Assembly: GCF_009914755.1 (NCBI RefSeq)
Contig: NC_060930.1
From: the human T2T-CHM13v2.0 reference genome, Homo sapiens
DNA: 64,000 bases
Reading direction: 5' to 3' (one strand)
In this document: piece by piece, positions 49,873-62,760 of the stretch
Layout of the letters: each line of letters begins with the position of its first letter
Position numbering within the stretch: position 1 is the first letter of the stretch
The notes under the pieces: generated by a model
What the model was told of the DNA's origin: nothing
What the model saw: only the letters and a program-made list of their open reading frames with translations
Databases searched by the model: none
Program-made: the position numbers and the translations under genes

Positions 49873-52051
49873 GGTATTTTAATTTATTTTTCTTTATTTT
49901 GAATTTCTCTACTCAAAGGTACATTTTAAATACCCTTAATCATCATGATGATCCCACACTTCCTGCAGATTCCCATAGAAAGTCACACATCTTCCTCCTG
50001 TTGAACTATTGCTCCACAAATCATAGTATTTGCCTAGGATTTTGCTTTTTAAAGTTCCATTGCCACATTTGTGGTAAATTCTATTGTGTATGGTAACACA
50101 TGATAACAACAATGCGTAGCGCCTAAAAGCTCTAATGACCAGCAATTCTGTGGTCAGTAAAAGGAAATTACATAACATTAGTAGCCAATATGCTGTTGAG
50201 GGAAAAGTCCTCACATTTCTCCTGACCATCCCTGCCCCTGTCACTTGCCACTAATAGTAGGTTTTGCAACTAGGTTTGGGGGTGAGTGGACCCTGGAGTA
50301 CTATTCTCTGTACCCCCAAACCATGCCCAACCCTTCTACTTGGTTATTTCAACTCAGTGGTGGTCAAGTTTTGTTGTATTTAACTCCTACACAACTTCAC
50401 TCTGTCTGTTCTATCATAAACCATGTGTGTCTAGTACTATCAAGCTAAGCATTTTCATTATTACTTTATTTACATAAAACCCTTTTAAAAGAATAATTTG
50501 ACCTAAGATACAGGTCATCCTGGACTTTCCACCATGTATGTCTGTTAGTGGTGGTTTGTCTTTTTTGGGGGGGATATTTTGTTTTTTGTTTGTTTTGTTT
50601 TCAATTTTTTGAGTATTTACTATTTAAATAAAAAGCAATGGCAGCAAAGGTTTCTATTTCCATGTCCCTTTGAGCTTTTTCCTTGACATCCACTTCTCTC
50701 ACAAGGATCTGGCCTTCATGCCAAGTCTCTGCTGATCTTCACTGCGGAGGGCAGCTCCTCCCAGGAGAGGGTCCAGCCCCTCCATTGGCTGGTGCCGGCC
50801 TCACATTTGTCCTGACCCTGTGTCTGGCTTGTGCTGCCCGTGATTATGGCTCCTGCCGGCCGCTCAGTGGCCCATGGGATTGTGGAGCAGAAAGCAGAAA
50901 AGGAATTTTGGATTACGGGGGGGAAATGATGCTTTAAAAAGGCAACAGTTTTCTGATGTCTATTTTTTTTTCATTCTAAGATAGTTTCATAAATTTCCTC
51001 TTCATTTCAACCAAGTACGCTTGGTTACACTTCCTAAGGAATTTTGTTCAACTAGATGGTATGTTTTGGTGAATTAATCCAAGAGGACGCTACTGAAAAA
51101 ATATTATATATATGCAGCTTTCTTCACAGAACATATAACAGGATATATATTTGGGATGTTAATTTAAAAAACAATTTTAAGGTTAAGGAATGATATAGTG
51201 TGCTAGATTAAGATGTATTGAGCAAGTCATGCTTTACTTTTTGTTCATTTTACTAGGTCATTTAAATTCCTTTTATGTGCTCCTCAGGGCAGTTAACTCT
51301 TTACATGTTTGATTCAGTGCTGGAAAGGCTATAGGTATTGAAAGGCTCTAAAAAGTTAAGTGATTAAATAATTATGCTCATTATCTTTATCATATTTGAT
51401 GTTTTAAATACTGCTAATAATTCATCTTACTTTATTTGCACTAAAAAGCTATTCTTGGATTTAATATTTCTAGTAATAAAAAAAGCAAAACAGATATTCT
51501 CTCATTTGTGTTCCTCAAAGTTAATTCTTTATTATCTTCCTTCTCCTCAAACATGAAGTTTTATCAACGGTGATGCATTTTCTTGTGTGTTTCTTACTCT
51601 ATCAGACTTGATCCAGTCAGACTCACACACCTGAGATGAAACCCAGGCTCCTGGAAGCTATGAAATTGTTCAGTAATGTAGCCTTATAAGTAAGCAATTA
51701 AAGCAGGCCTGGAGTCCAGTAAGGCCTATGCCATTCATACTGGCAACAGGCGATGTATTTTCCATCACTCTTTCCCCTTGCCCAGATAGCTTCTCTCAAA
51801 ATAGATGGTATGTTTTATTCTATCAAGCATTTATATTACCTTTTCCTTCCTAGCCATTTTAATGGAAATGGGTGGAGAATAAACAGTAACTCAATAAGAA
51901 GTCATAATTGCTCATTGTAGTACATCATTGATTGTGTGATTTTGTAATATAATTGTTATTGGGCTCTTATTGACTGGATTCTGGGTTTCTCCTGTCCTTG
52001 TTAGGTTTTGTGTTGACTATTTTCTCTTTCTATTTTTTTCCTAAGACTTTT

Positions 52052-52254
52052 AAAGTGTTTCTCAAATTATGGTCTTTGTTAAACTTTCTGCATCCCGTAA
52101 TGTGGATGTTCAAAAGATTCCTGGTCCCCACTCCCTACCCACTGCCAACAGAATCAGATTCTCTGGAAGTGCGAGCTAGAAAAATACATTTTGAATAAGT
52201 ACTCCTCCCCTCCTTAGGTGCTTCTTATGCATGCTGAAGTTATAAAACCATTGA
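52052..52254. mobile_element. MER5-like hAT MITE
   Basis: AGTGTTTCTCAAA…CAGAATCAGATTCTCTGGAAGTG…TTCTTATGCATGCTGAAGTTATAAAACCATTG. Confidence 0.7.
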
Positions 52255-53115
52255 GGAAAATAGACCCACCAGCATCATCTGAAACACAATTATCCTTCCA
52301 ATTGTGTTTTTTTCCCCCTACACTTTCTCCTTTTTTTTAATCTATCATCTCTTCCATTTTCAAGACGATTTGTGAGTCAATGTAAATCTGTATTGCTGGG
52401 CCCTATCCACCAAATCTACATCCAGCCTTAGACATTACCAATATCAGGAATCATCTATGGAAAGATTCAGGCTTATTCCATAGCCATAAATCCTGGAAAC
52501 TGTCCTTAGTCATTTAGCACAGTCTTAGAGGAGGCCTCGGCATTCTGTGGCTAGTATTACACCATCCTTTAGCATCATGAATGTCAAAGTTGTGCTGAGA
52601 TGAAGTGAAATGTACCTGAAATAACAAAAATAAACAAACCAAAACTACTTCCTACTTGTTGAGTTTCTCCTACTTCCAAAATTACTCTGTTTCCAAAAGT
52701 TCCAGGTCCTACAAGTGCTCTAGATTCTATCCTATGCCTCTTTCCCATGAGGCTTTTGGACATCTTCAGGCTGTAGTTCTTTTTCCTACTCCCCTACCCT
52801 TAGAACATAGTAAGTAGTTAAATATGTTCTTGTTATTATGCTCATTCTCATTGTGTTATTTATACATGGCAAACACAACGGTGTCTTGCACATGTGGTCT
52901 ATAATCTATAAATTTTATTTATCATTATAAATAATCTTCAAAACTATATTCAAGTAACATCTTGGGTAACAGAGCATATCACAGATAAACTGTGAAAGCC
53001 CAACACCTATTTAACTGATTTATCAACATGCTGGTGGATACTTAAAGGATTTGGAGTTTACTACATATTAAAGTGTATGTTATGTTATTATCAACTCAAA
53101 CTAATTAATAAAATT

Positions 53116-53412
53116 AGCCAGGTGTGGTGGCTCATACCTGCAATCCTAGCAACTTGGGAAGCTGAGGCAGGAGGATCACTTGAGGCCAGGAGTTCAAGAC
53201 CAGCCTGGGCAACATAGCAAGACCGTGCCTGTTAAAAAGTAAAAAATAAAATAATTAGCCAGATGCGGTGGCATGCTTCTGTAATCTCAGATATTCAAGA
53301 GGCTGAGATATGAGGATTGCTTGAGCCCAGAAGTCCGAGGCAGCAATAAGCCAGGATCGTGCCACTGCACTCCAGCCTGGGCAGCAGAGTTAGACCCAGA
53401 TCCTTAAAATAA
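53116..53412 (+). mobile_element. AluJ
   Basis: GGAGGATCACTTGAGGCCAGGAGTTC…GGGCAACATAGCAAGACC; GATTGCTTGAGCCCAG. Confidence 0.95.
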
Positions 53413-55064
53413 ACTAATAGAATTTTCATCAACCTAGTTCTTCCTATTCTGGCATGACCAGTTCAGAAGTTTCTGTCCTACTTTAGTGTGTAATCATATT
53501 ATTTAAAAATACCATAATTTTTAAAGGTGGGTGTTTGGTAACTCTGACATTTAGTGGAAAAAGATCAAAACAAATCCTTCCTTCGATTCTGGGCAACTAA
53601 TGTCCACCCATCCTATGACTTTTATCCAGTCTGGCCCATCTGCATACTTGGCTAGCTTTTCTGGTCTCAGCACGGGTAACTTCTCTGTTGAGAAACTTTC
53701 CTCATCCAGCAAAATCTAGGTTTGGGGAAGCTCCCACAGGCTCTCACAGCATTCTGCCTCCTCACAACACCAATGACATTTGTCACTGCCTCCTGGGCAG
53801 TCTCTGAATCTAAAGTGTTTCATATTATAACTTCAGTACCAAGACAAGAGCCTGGAACACAGGTGGATGCCTTGATCAGTAAATTAATGCAACCTGTACA
53901 TGTGAAACCAAACCCTGTATACTTTAGCATCATTTATGGCACAGAGAGCCCTCTTCGCTTTACTCTGATTAAGTGGCCATTCATTCTCCTTTTGTTTGGC
54001 TCCTGCTCTTTTGTTATGGCCCCCAGTTTCTGCATCCATTCTGCACCATGAATGTATCAGTTAATTTCAGTAATCCTGGTCCCATCTTCTGGAGCTCTCA
54101 GGGGACTCTGGTTCAGGCTCAACACTCTAGAGATTCCCAGTTTTCACAGCTTTAGAACAATCCCCTGCTCCAGCCTCTTAAGCCAAACCCTGAGGGCCCC
54201 TTAAGAGAGAGGACCAAACACTCTATGTCCTTATGGGTGTTTTCAATCTAGCATTCTAACCTCCTTGAAATCATAAAAACACATTTTTTTTCTTTGATTC
54301 ATTTTATCTAAGTGTCTTGGACATTTCCATAAATGGATCTGTTGACAATAACTATGAACATGTTTTCACTGAAACTATCTCACTGATGAGTATTTGGTGG
54401 CTTTAGAAAGAGAAATGGTTGAATATTAGCATGGGGTATTAAAACCTGAAGGTTAAATGGATGAAGAGGACTTGAATGACCTTACTGAGGCAACACCGTG
54501 TGAAAAAAAACTCTTAACATTTTTTAAAGTCTTCTATTTGGTAGGTCCACAGAAAGGCATTCATCACCCAGAACTGGCCTTTGGAAGGACACAGACTTAT
54601 ATTTCCATATTTTCAATCACAGGTCAACAAAGTTTCCAGACTTTCCAAAGGTGAAAAACTGTACCTTAGGCTTGTTGAGTAGTTAGAGCAGAAGGAACAA
54701 GTTTGTCATTTGACTGGTCAGTAAACCTGTTTGGTGTCTGGCCAGACCAAAAATATTTTTTGAAGGGGAGTTCTCTTTGCCATGTTATTCTTAGTTTTGG
54801 CCCAAATTGTCTTTTATATTTTGTTGGCATCAAGGTGGGCTGCCAAGGAGAAGACCCCAGACTCTGAGCAGACCGCTAGGCAGAAGCAATTGGAAGAACA
54901 CAATGAGCCCTTGATCTGAAAGAACTGACAGAAGAATTCAGGGAGTGACAAGAGCTGCTTCTATCCAGGAGGGCTAGTCTGAATGCAACGATTAAGCCAT
55001 CCTGGGGCACAGTGCAGGGCGCTTGGTATTGATTCAATACATTTTTAAAAAAATAAGTGAATGG

Positions 55065-55385
<321 letters not shown>

Positions 55386-55691
55386 TATGTGAATGAATGA
55401 GAAATTTTATTTATGTTAAATTTTTGACCAGAGCATATGGCTCTATTACTGAGCCAGTCGGAAATGGCTCAGAATCCAGCAGTCAGCAACATCATACTAT
55501 TCAGGGTCTTCAAATACACCCTCCAGTTTGACCAACAATTCCAGGAAGTGACCAGCAAAGTCTGCCTTTATCCCCTTCCATTAAGCACGTCAAGGCCAGT
55601 TTTGTGAAGCAGTTGATTACAATCCCCAACCTCAAGCAACCAGTGGAGAAACCTGCAGCTGAATCCCTTGACACCACTGAATATGAACTAA

Positions 55692-56085
<394 letters not shown>

Positions 56086-57353
56086 AATTTTTTTTAAGTG
56101 AAATTAAAGGCCCCTGACTTCAGGATGGGAGTCTTCTCTTCTTACTGATGGGCCAGCGTTCTCAGTGCACTGTCTTTGTGGCACCATGGCTACAGATTTG
56201 CTCTGGGCTCTTTGTGCTAATAAAGGCGAAGGGCTAGAAAAGATGGACCTTGTAACATCTTAAAGGCTCTAAGAGACAATTCTGCATAGGGTAAGAAAAA
56301 GGAAATTGGACAGCTAGACCTATGGTTCTTACTCCATTCTTAAAGTGGACTTGTTCCTTGGATACCAGGGAATACAACATTGACATAGTATAGTCCAATG
56401 GCTAAAAGTGACCTTTCTGAGGAGCATGATGCATTCAGGATACTTCTGCTTTGTGTTAATGTTTCTTCCCTTCTAATCTATTATTTCCAAGCTCGCAGAT
56501 CAATGAATAGCTTTACTATTTAAGATTCCAGTTGAAGGGGGGGAAGGCAGGAATGTAAATTTGTAGGGAGGAGGGAAGAGCAATCAGCCACTCTAAGGTC
56601 CCATGGGAGCTGGCAAGCACTGGACCACAGAATGGAATGGGATGTGCTGAATGAAGCTCTGTCTGTCTTGTACACACCAGTCACTCCAAGGAGGGAGCCA
56701 GGAAGCAGGCGGCAGGGTATGTGGGCTGTCAGAGTAGATTCTGCTGAGAAGACATGTGTAAGGGAGAACTATTGCTTTACCAGAAGCGTTGACAAGAAAT
56801 AGAAGCTGAGATGTCATTGCAAAATAGAATGCACCCAGAGTAGCATTTGAATGTGAATGCAATCATTGGAGAACCTACGGAGAGGCCAGGACAAAGGAGG
56901 GAATGTGTGAAGCTTGTTTGAGAGTTGCGAGTGAGAAAAAGTTGTTTGCTGCGATGAGTTGACAAAAGGAGGATTTTTAAAAAACAACTACTACTCTTTC
57001 CAAGGGTGACCAGTAACTATCTTAGAGAGGCAAATTTTATGAACCAGGCCATGACGGGAACTGAAGAAAATGCCTGCCAAAGTCAAATGTCTAAAGTAAA
57101 TATACTTTTCATAAAGAAAGTACATAGTATTTGTGCATTTTATAAAATATATTTTATAAAGAAAATGTAAAGTACATAATATGTGCATGTGTGTATTTCT
57201 TTAAAGACTTATTTATAGAACTAGCAATCTTAGACTTTTTTGGTCAAACTCTTTGGTCATATTAGACTATTTAAAATACAAAAAGAAATAGGCATATTGG
57301 TGTATATACAATTTTCTAGCATTGCTTCTCTAAGTATTCTGTTTCTCTGTCAG

Positions 57354-57403
57354 TCTCTCTCTCTCTCTCACACACACATACACAAACACACACACACACA
57401 CAC
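57354..57403. repeat. Compound (TC)n(CA)n microsatellite
   Basis: TCTCTCTCTCTCTCTCACACACACATACACAAACACACACACACACAC. Confidence 0.9.
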
Positions 57404-57959
57404 CATGCACAACTATTAGCAGAACTGTTGTTTTGCAAAAGTTTGATGGTTTTTACTTCTTGGAATTGGGTCCTACCAGTTTGTCTATTGCCCTTCTGGG
57501 AAATGTGTCCACCTGTCATGGATGAAAATATTGCAAATGTGTCTTCTGTGTTACCGAAAGACCTAAGGGGGTGAATTCTATTTTGTAACCAAGAAAAGAC
57601 TAGAGCCAGTTCTTAAATGCTTCTTCTAGAATTCAAATAAAAACTTAGAACATATCTACTGGCCATGTTGTTCTAATTAAAATATGTCAATATTAATGCC
57701 AACTATTACCGTGGGTACCCACACAGAAGAAAGTCACCAAAAAATGTGTGCAGTTTCCATATAAAGGCTGTTTTTATCACTATTTTAATTTAAAATGGAA
57801 TATGGAGAAATGCATGAAAATAAAATGCTGTTTCTACCTTCAGTATTTATACTTATCACTCTTGGTACTTTTTCTAGAAACCCTTTATAGGACTCTTGTG
57901 TTTTCCTTTCCATCACTCTCCTCACTCCTCCAGGGCACCCTTTTCTTCTGAAGGCCAAC

Positions 57960-58290
57960 TTGTGGAAACCCCAGGAGCTAGCTACCATGTTACAGGAGGC
58001 TGACCATCATCTGGACTCTCTCTTATGTCAGACTGTGGAATGTAAATTTTGGAAGTGCCAGGAGCTATAGTTTCTATCATGTATACAAAACTTCTCTGAA
58101 GTGAGAAAGACTGCAATTGACATACCAAGAAGAGCACAGACAGGACACAAAGGTATAGTCTTGTCAGTGTTCAAGCTCCTGGTCCCACTTATTTCTCTGA
58201 ATTACTACCCATCCTGGGATTTAATTGTCCTAGAGTTCTTTGGGTTGCATGAGCCAACAAATGCCCACTTGTCCTAAGCAAGTATTGCTT
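57960..58290 (+). mobile_element. Old MLT1 (J/K/L-like) LTR fragment
   Basis: …CATGAGCCAACAAATGCCC…CCTAAGCAAG…GGGTTTTCCATCATTTC resembles an old MLT1 3' end. Confidence 0.5.
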
Positions 58291-58483
58291 GGGTTTTCCA
58301 TCATTTCATCTTCTATTCTATTCAGAAGATTCAGAAGATTTAACAAAGTCCTAGGTATGAATAAGGAAATAAATCTTAGGACAGATTATTTCCAGGAGCA
58401 GTAATTAGAAATATTAAGCTGTAGCCAGACATGTCCATGGCATGATGTATAGTTAGGATATGTACCATTGACCACAACACAGG

Positions 58484-59016
58484 TATGGTGGTTTTAAAAA
58501 ATATGTTGCAAATTCTTTGACACTGATTCTCTTTTCATTAGGTCAGATCTAATTCCTTCTCCTTTTGACTATGGACTTGACTTAGTGACTTGTTTCTAAC
58601 AAATAAAATATGAGAGAAGTGATGTTATATAACTTTTGAGACTAGGTCTTAGATAGTTTCAACTGGCTTTCTTTCTCATGGATCACTTGTTCTTGGAGAA
58701 GTTAACCTCCAGGTCATGCAGACAGGCAAAGAACCTGGAGAGAGGCCTATGTGGAGAGAAACCGAGGTCACCTTCAACAGCCAACACCAACTTGCCAGCT
58801 ATGTAAGTGAGCCATCTTGAAATGGATCCCCCAGTCCCAGTTAAACCTTGAGATGATTGGTCAACATCTTGAATGCAATCTTATGAGAGACCATGAGCCA
58901 GAGCTACCCAGCCAAGCCACTCTTGAATTCCTAACCCACAGAGATAATAAAATGTTTACATTTTTAAGCTACTAAATGTACGGGAAATTTGTTGTATAAT
59001 AAGATAACTAATACTA
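58484..59016 (+). mobile_element. MLT1F/G-like MaLR solo LTR
   Basis: TATGGTGGTTTTAAAAAATATG…CAAATTCTTTGACACT…GACTTAGTGACTTG…GAGATAATAAAATG…AGATAACTAATAC. Confidence 0.85.
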
Positions 59017-59329
59017 TGTCCAAGATTAAGGGAAATTACTTTGAAGAGGTTCGTCAATTAGCATCAGTCATAAGTGACGGCAGGAGATCCCAAATAGGCA
59101 ACTCAGTCATAAAAATAATTGGAGTTCATGATTACAGGTTTGGTCCCCAGGAAATAGAGCTCCAGGTAGAAAACATTGTTAATGAAGAACACATGGGAAT
59201 AGAATCACTTAATCATATAAAAAGAGTGATAGAATAATATAATGGCTAAGATAAAGAGTTTGAGAGTTAAACAGATTTAGATTCGGATCTTGGCTCCACT
59301 AGTTTCTGTTTGAACTTATTACTTGTCTG

Positions 59330-59432
59330 TATTTTTTAGTTTTATTTTGGGATAGTTTTAGGCTTACTAAAATGTTACAAAAATTATCAAAAGAGTACCT
59401 ATGTACTCGTCACCCAGCTTCCCCAAATGCAT
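59330..59432 (-). mobile_element. Old L1 (L1MC/ME) 3' terminal fragment
   Basis: TTTTAGGCTTACTAAAATGTTACAAAAAT…TCACCCAGCTTCCCCAAATG. Confidence 0.6.
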
Positions 59433-60719
59433 AAGAATTTCGCATAAGAAAAAACAAAACAAAACAAACAATAACAAAAACATAAGAGGCCTGGTACCAA
59501 GTCCCACGAGTGACTGAAATCTCAATTTGTATTCATAGAAAGTCTATTCATACCACCTTATCCTGTTCCCTTTTTCTTGGTCCTACTTTTTCCAGGACAC
59601 CTGGGTTGTCCTCTTCTCCCTTCTGTGCCAAACTGTCCTTTCCCATTGAAAATTAATGTATTCAGGCTCACTTCTCTCTTTAAAAGATGCAGTCAGGAGC
59701 TAAGAAGCCAGCCTGAAGTTTCTCAACCTCCGTTTCTTAACACTTTAGCAAAAACATTTCCAAAATGAATGACCCTCCTCCATCATGCCCCACACCAAGA
59801 AAATGTGAGAAATGGATCATAAATTTCTCAGAAAAATGATAATTCAAGAAATTTCAAAATATAACAAACTACCAATATATGTATCATTTAAAGAAAACAT
59901 TCTTTTTGCTCTCACATCATAAAGTAATTTGTCTTCAAAACTTGAATTTGAGAACTATTCAGGGCATAAAAATGAAGACATCAGAGTCACATCATATGTA
60001 TGTGCTGGTTGCCTACCCGCCTTCCCATCTTGAAGGTAAGCTTCTTGCAGGCAGAGCCAGCATCCTGAGTTCTCTGTCCTGTCTCTAACACAGTGCCTGT
60101 CACACAGAAGGCATGTTGATTGACTTTGATATGATAGAGAAATTTCCTCTTAAGTATTCCATTTTTCAGAATTCATTCAAAAGTCAAATACCCATTCTTT
60201 AAGACATCTTGCTAAGAAAGGAAAAATTCATTATAAAGGGTCATTTTGAACATTCAGAAGGAAGACCTAAGTGTTGAGTAAGTGAACAGACCTTTCTGCT
60301 GATGTACTTACAGAGACAGAGGTCCGGGCCAGTTCCCCATCACCCCTTACCCGCAATGTTACAGGCTCTTCTCAGAGCTTTCTCCATCTGGGCTCTTTCT
60401 CGGTAGCTTGTTTTCACATGTGGCTGCAAGACTGAACACAGTTAATCTGGTTTCCCTGCCTTGCTGCACAGAAGGCCAGTCAACAGCTCTCTTTTGACTT
60501 ATCTTTAAACATTTTTTTAAATGTTCATTATTGAGGAGAAATAAAAAGGAAGCAACAGAGGCACAAACAGAGTGAAACGATAAGGCCTAGGAAATCTTAC
60601 ATTGTACTTTTAATCATGGACCACATTCTTTGTTTACCCAACTTGCCTTTGAGAAGGAGTGTCGCACCCTGTGCTGGGCATCTGATCCTGCACTGCTCTG
60701 TGCTCTACTGGGTTTATTT

Positions 60720-60845
60720 CCACATAGGTTCACATGGCCTTGGGGCGCCATCATGGAGGGTCTTGTTCTCAGTGGACATGGCACAAGGCAGTATCCTCAC
60801 ATAGTAAAGGTTCAATCAATAGTTGTTGAGTTAGTAAATGAATGA
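60720..60845 (+). mobile_element. L2 3' end fragment
   Basis: CACATAGTAAAGGTTCAATCAATAGTTGTTGAGTTAGTAAATGAATGA tail; a similar L2 end lies at ~60025-60120. Confidence 0.6.
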
Positions 60846-61904
60846 CTCATATGGCTAATTTTTTACCGATCTGATGGGTGGATGCAATCCAACATTGCCA
60901 AAGTGAAGGGTTACACAGTGGGAAGGCCGTGGGGGTGGATGTATTTGGCAGGCGGCAGAGAGAGGTACAGGACGATCCCTTACATTGTAAATGCAAAACA
61001 TTCTCAGTGGAATTTGGCTTTCCCACATAGTAATTATGTGTCATAGTGTATACATGCTCTATAGCTTATTTCTCAAAACATATTTGTGGGTATGTTTTTG
61101 CCAATGCTATTTTCATAAGACATGTCTCACAGAAATGGCCAGGAGCAGCCAGAAGCAAAACCCACCAAGTCCTGTTTCGTTCTTGTTCTTTCTTTGCTAA
61201 TATGTGCAAGACTTAAGATAACTGAACTCATACTTTTCCTACCTAGAATAGAATTATCTTATAAATTCTTCTGTTAGTCTACAAGTAATCTGCCTTGATC
61301 CTATGGAATTACAAGCCAGTAGAGCTGCTGTATTTTGCTTGAGTGTGGTTACCACTTGGTTGGCACACACTAAGGATATTTTTGACTCTCTCTTTGCTGA
61401 CATGAGCTACAGAGCCTGGTTGAGAAAACCCTCTGAATGAAAACAAACAAAAACCTACCAGAACAAATTAGGGACAGGGGAACTTGGAAGCCGTGTAAGA
61501 GTTGTGAAACCATCAGAACATTAGGATTTAGGGTGTCCCTTTAAAGTGTTTTAGACTTTCTGGGAATACTCCCTGGGAAATGTTGTGTTTTCACAAAAAA
61601 GTTGTTCTGTGCCTGACAGCACGAAGAAGCACGTGAAGACTGGAGACTGTGAGAATGTTTTCAGCAAGAGCCAATCTGGTAGCAAAAGGCTAAAAATTGC
61701 ATTTTCACAGCTCCGCCAGAATATGCAAAAATTTCTTGTCCCTATCTATTTTATGACATTAAAAATGATTTAAGGCAATTGACACTTCTATTTCTTCCAA
61801 GGGGAAAAAATAGATTTTGTAGAGTTCTGGCATATATCAGTGCATGATTGTTTCAGATCATTGTAGCTGGAATGGGCTGTTGTACCAAAGCTTATCTAAT
61901 ATAC

Positions 61905-62020
61905 TTTGTTCATTCATTCAAAAAATCTTTACTGAATGCCTGTTAAGTGGCAGACACTGATCTCTTACTGGGTATATAGAATTCAAGAGGAGAGCCATGG
62001 TCAACTTAATCAAGAAGCAG
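61905..62020 (-). mobile_element. L2 3' end fragment
   Basis: TTCATTCATTCAAAAAATCTTTACTGAATGCCTGTTAAGTGGCAGACACTG. Confidence 0.75.
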
Positions 62021-62509
62021 TTCTAAATTTTTATCAAGCAACCATAGTGAAGAGACATGATAAAGTCAACCCAGTTCTAACCCCACCACTAAAGATTAAG
62101 AAGGAAATATTTTAGTATATGAGTTAGGTAACCTGGTTATTAGTCATTTAGGGTATGAAATAGGACTTGGAAAAGGTTATTAAGATTTTGAAGTAATAGA
62201 CTGAAACAATCAGACTTGGGAAAGAACACAGATCTCATTTTTCTGGATTAGCTGCATTTGGTTGCTTGCGAGGTGAAGCTTTAGAGGAAAAGGAAAAAGG
62301 AAAAGCATTTTGGCAATCAGGTTACATGAATAGCAGGTTTCAGCAGATCTAAGTAGTCCCAGGCAGGCTGGGCCAGAATGTCCTTAGATAATCAAGTGCG
62401 GCTTTACTGGTATGGTTATTATCCCAAAGGAGACCTACTAGAACAGGCTCAACTCTGCTGCTGTACAGCATGACCTTTGGTGCTTTCTCTTTTTTATTTC
62501 TCCTGTAGG

Positions 62510-62760
62510 AGGCAAGAGCTACAGCTTAATGGATAAGAGCCCATGCTTTGTGGCCAGCCATGCCTGGGTTTGGGTCCTGCTCTGCTACTTACCAGACAGC
62601 CCTGTGATTTGAGTTTCACAGCCTCTCTAAGCCTCTGATTCCTGCCTCATAAAAAGGGCATGGTGATCGTGTGATACTTCATAGAGCGAAATGAGCTTAG
62701 ACTAAGCACTTAGCCCAGAGCCTGACACAAGGCAAGGATCTAATTCTTTCTAGCTAGTAT
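62510..62760 (+). mobile_element. MIR, near full length
   Basis: CCTGGGTTTGGGTCCTGCTCTGCTACTTACCAG…CCTCTCTAAGCCTC…AAGCACTTAGCCCAGAGCCTGACACA. Confidence 0.8.

Noticed and set aside
53722-54051. 109-aa hydrophobic ORF resembling a membrane protein
   Set aside because: Non-ATG start, partly overlaps degenerate L2-like sequence, no family match or splice context.
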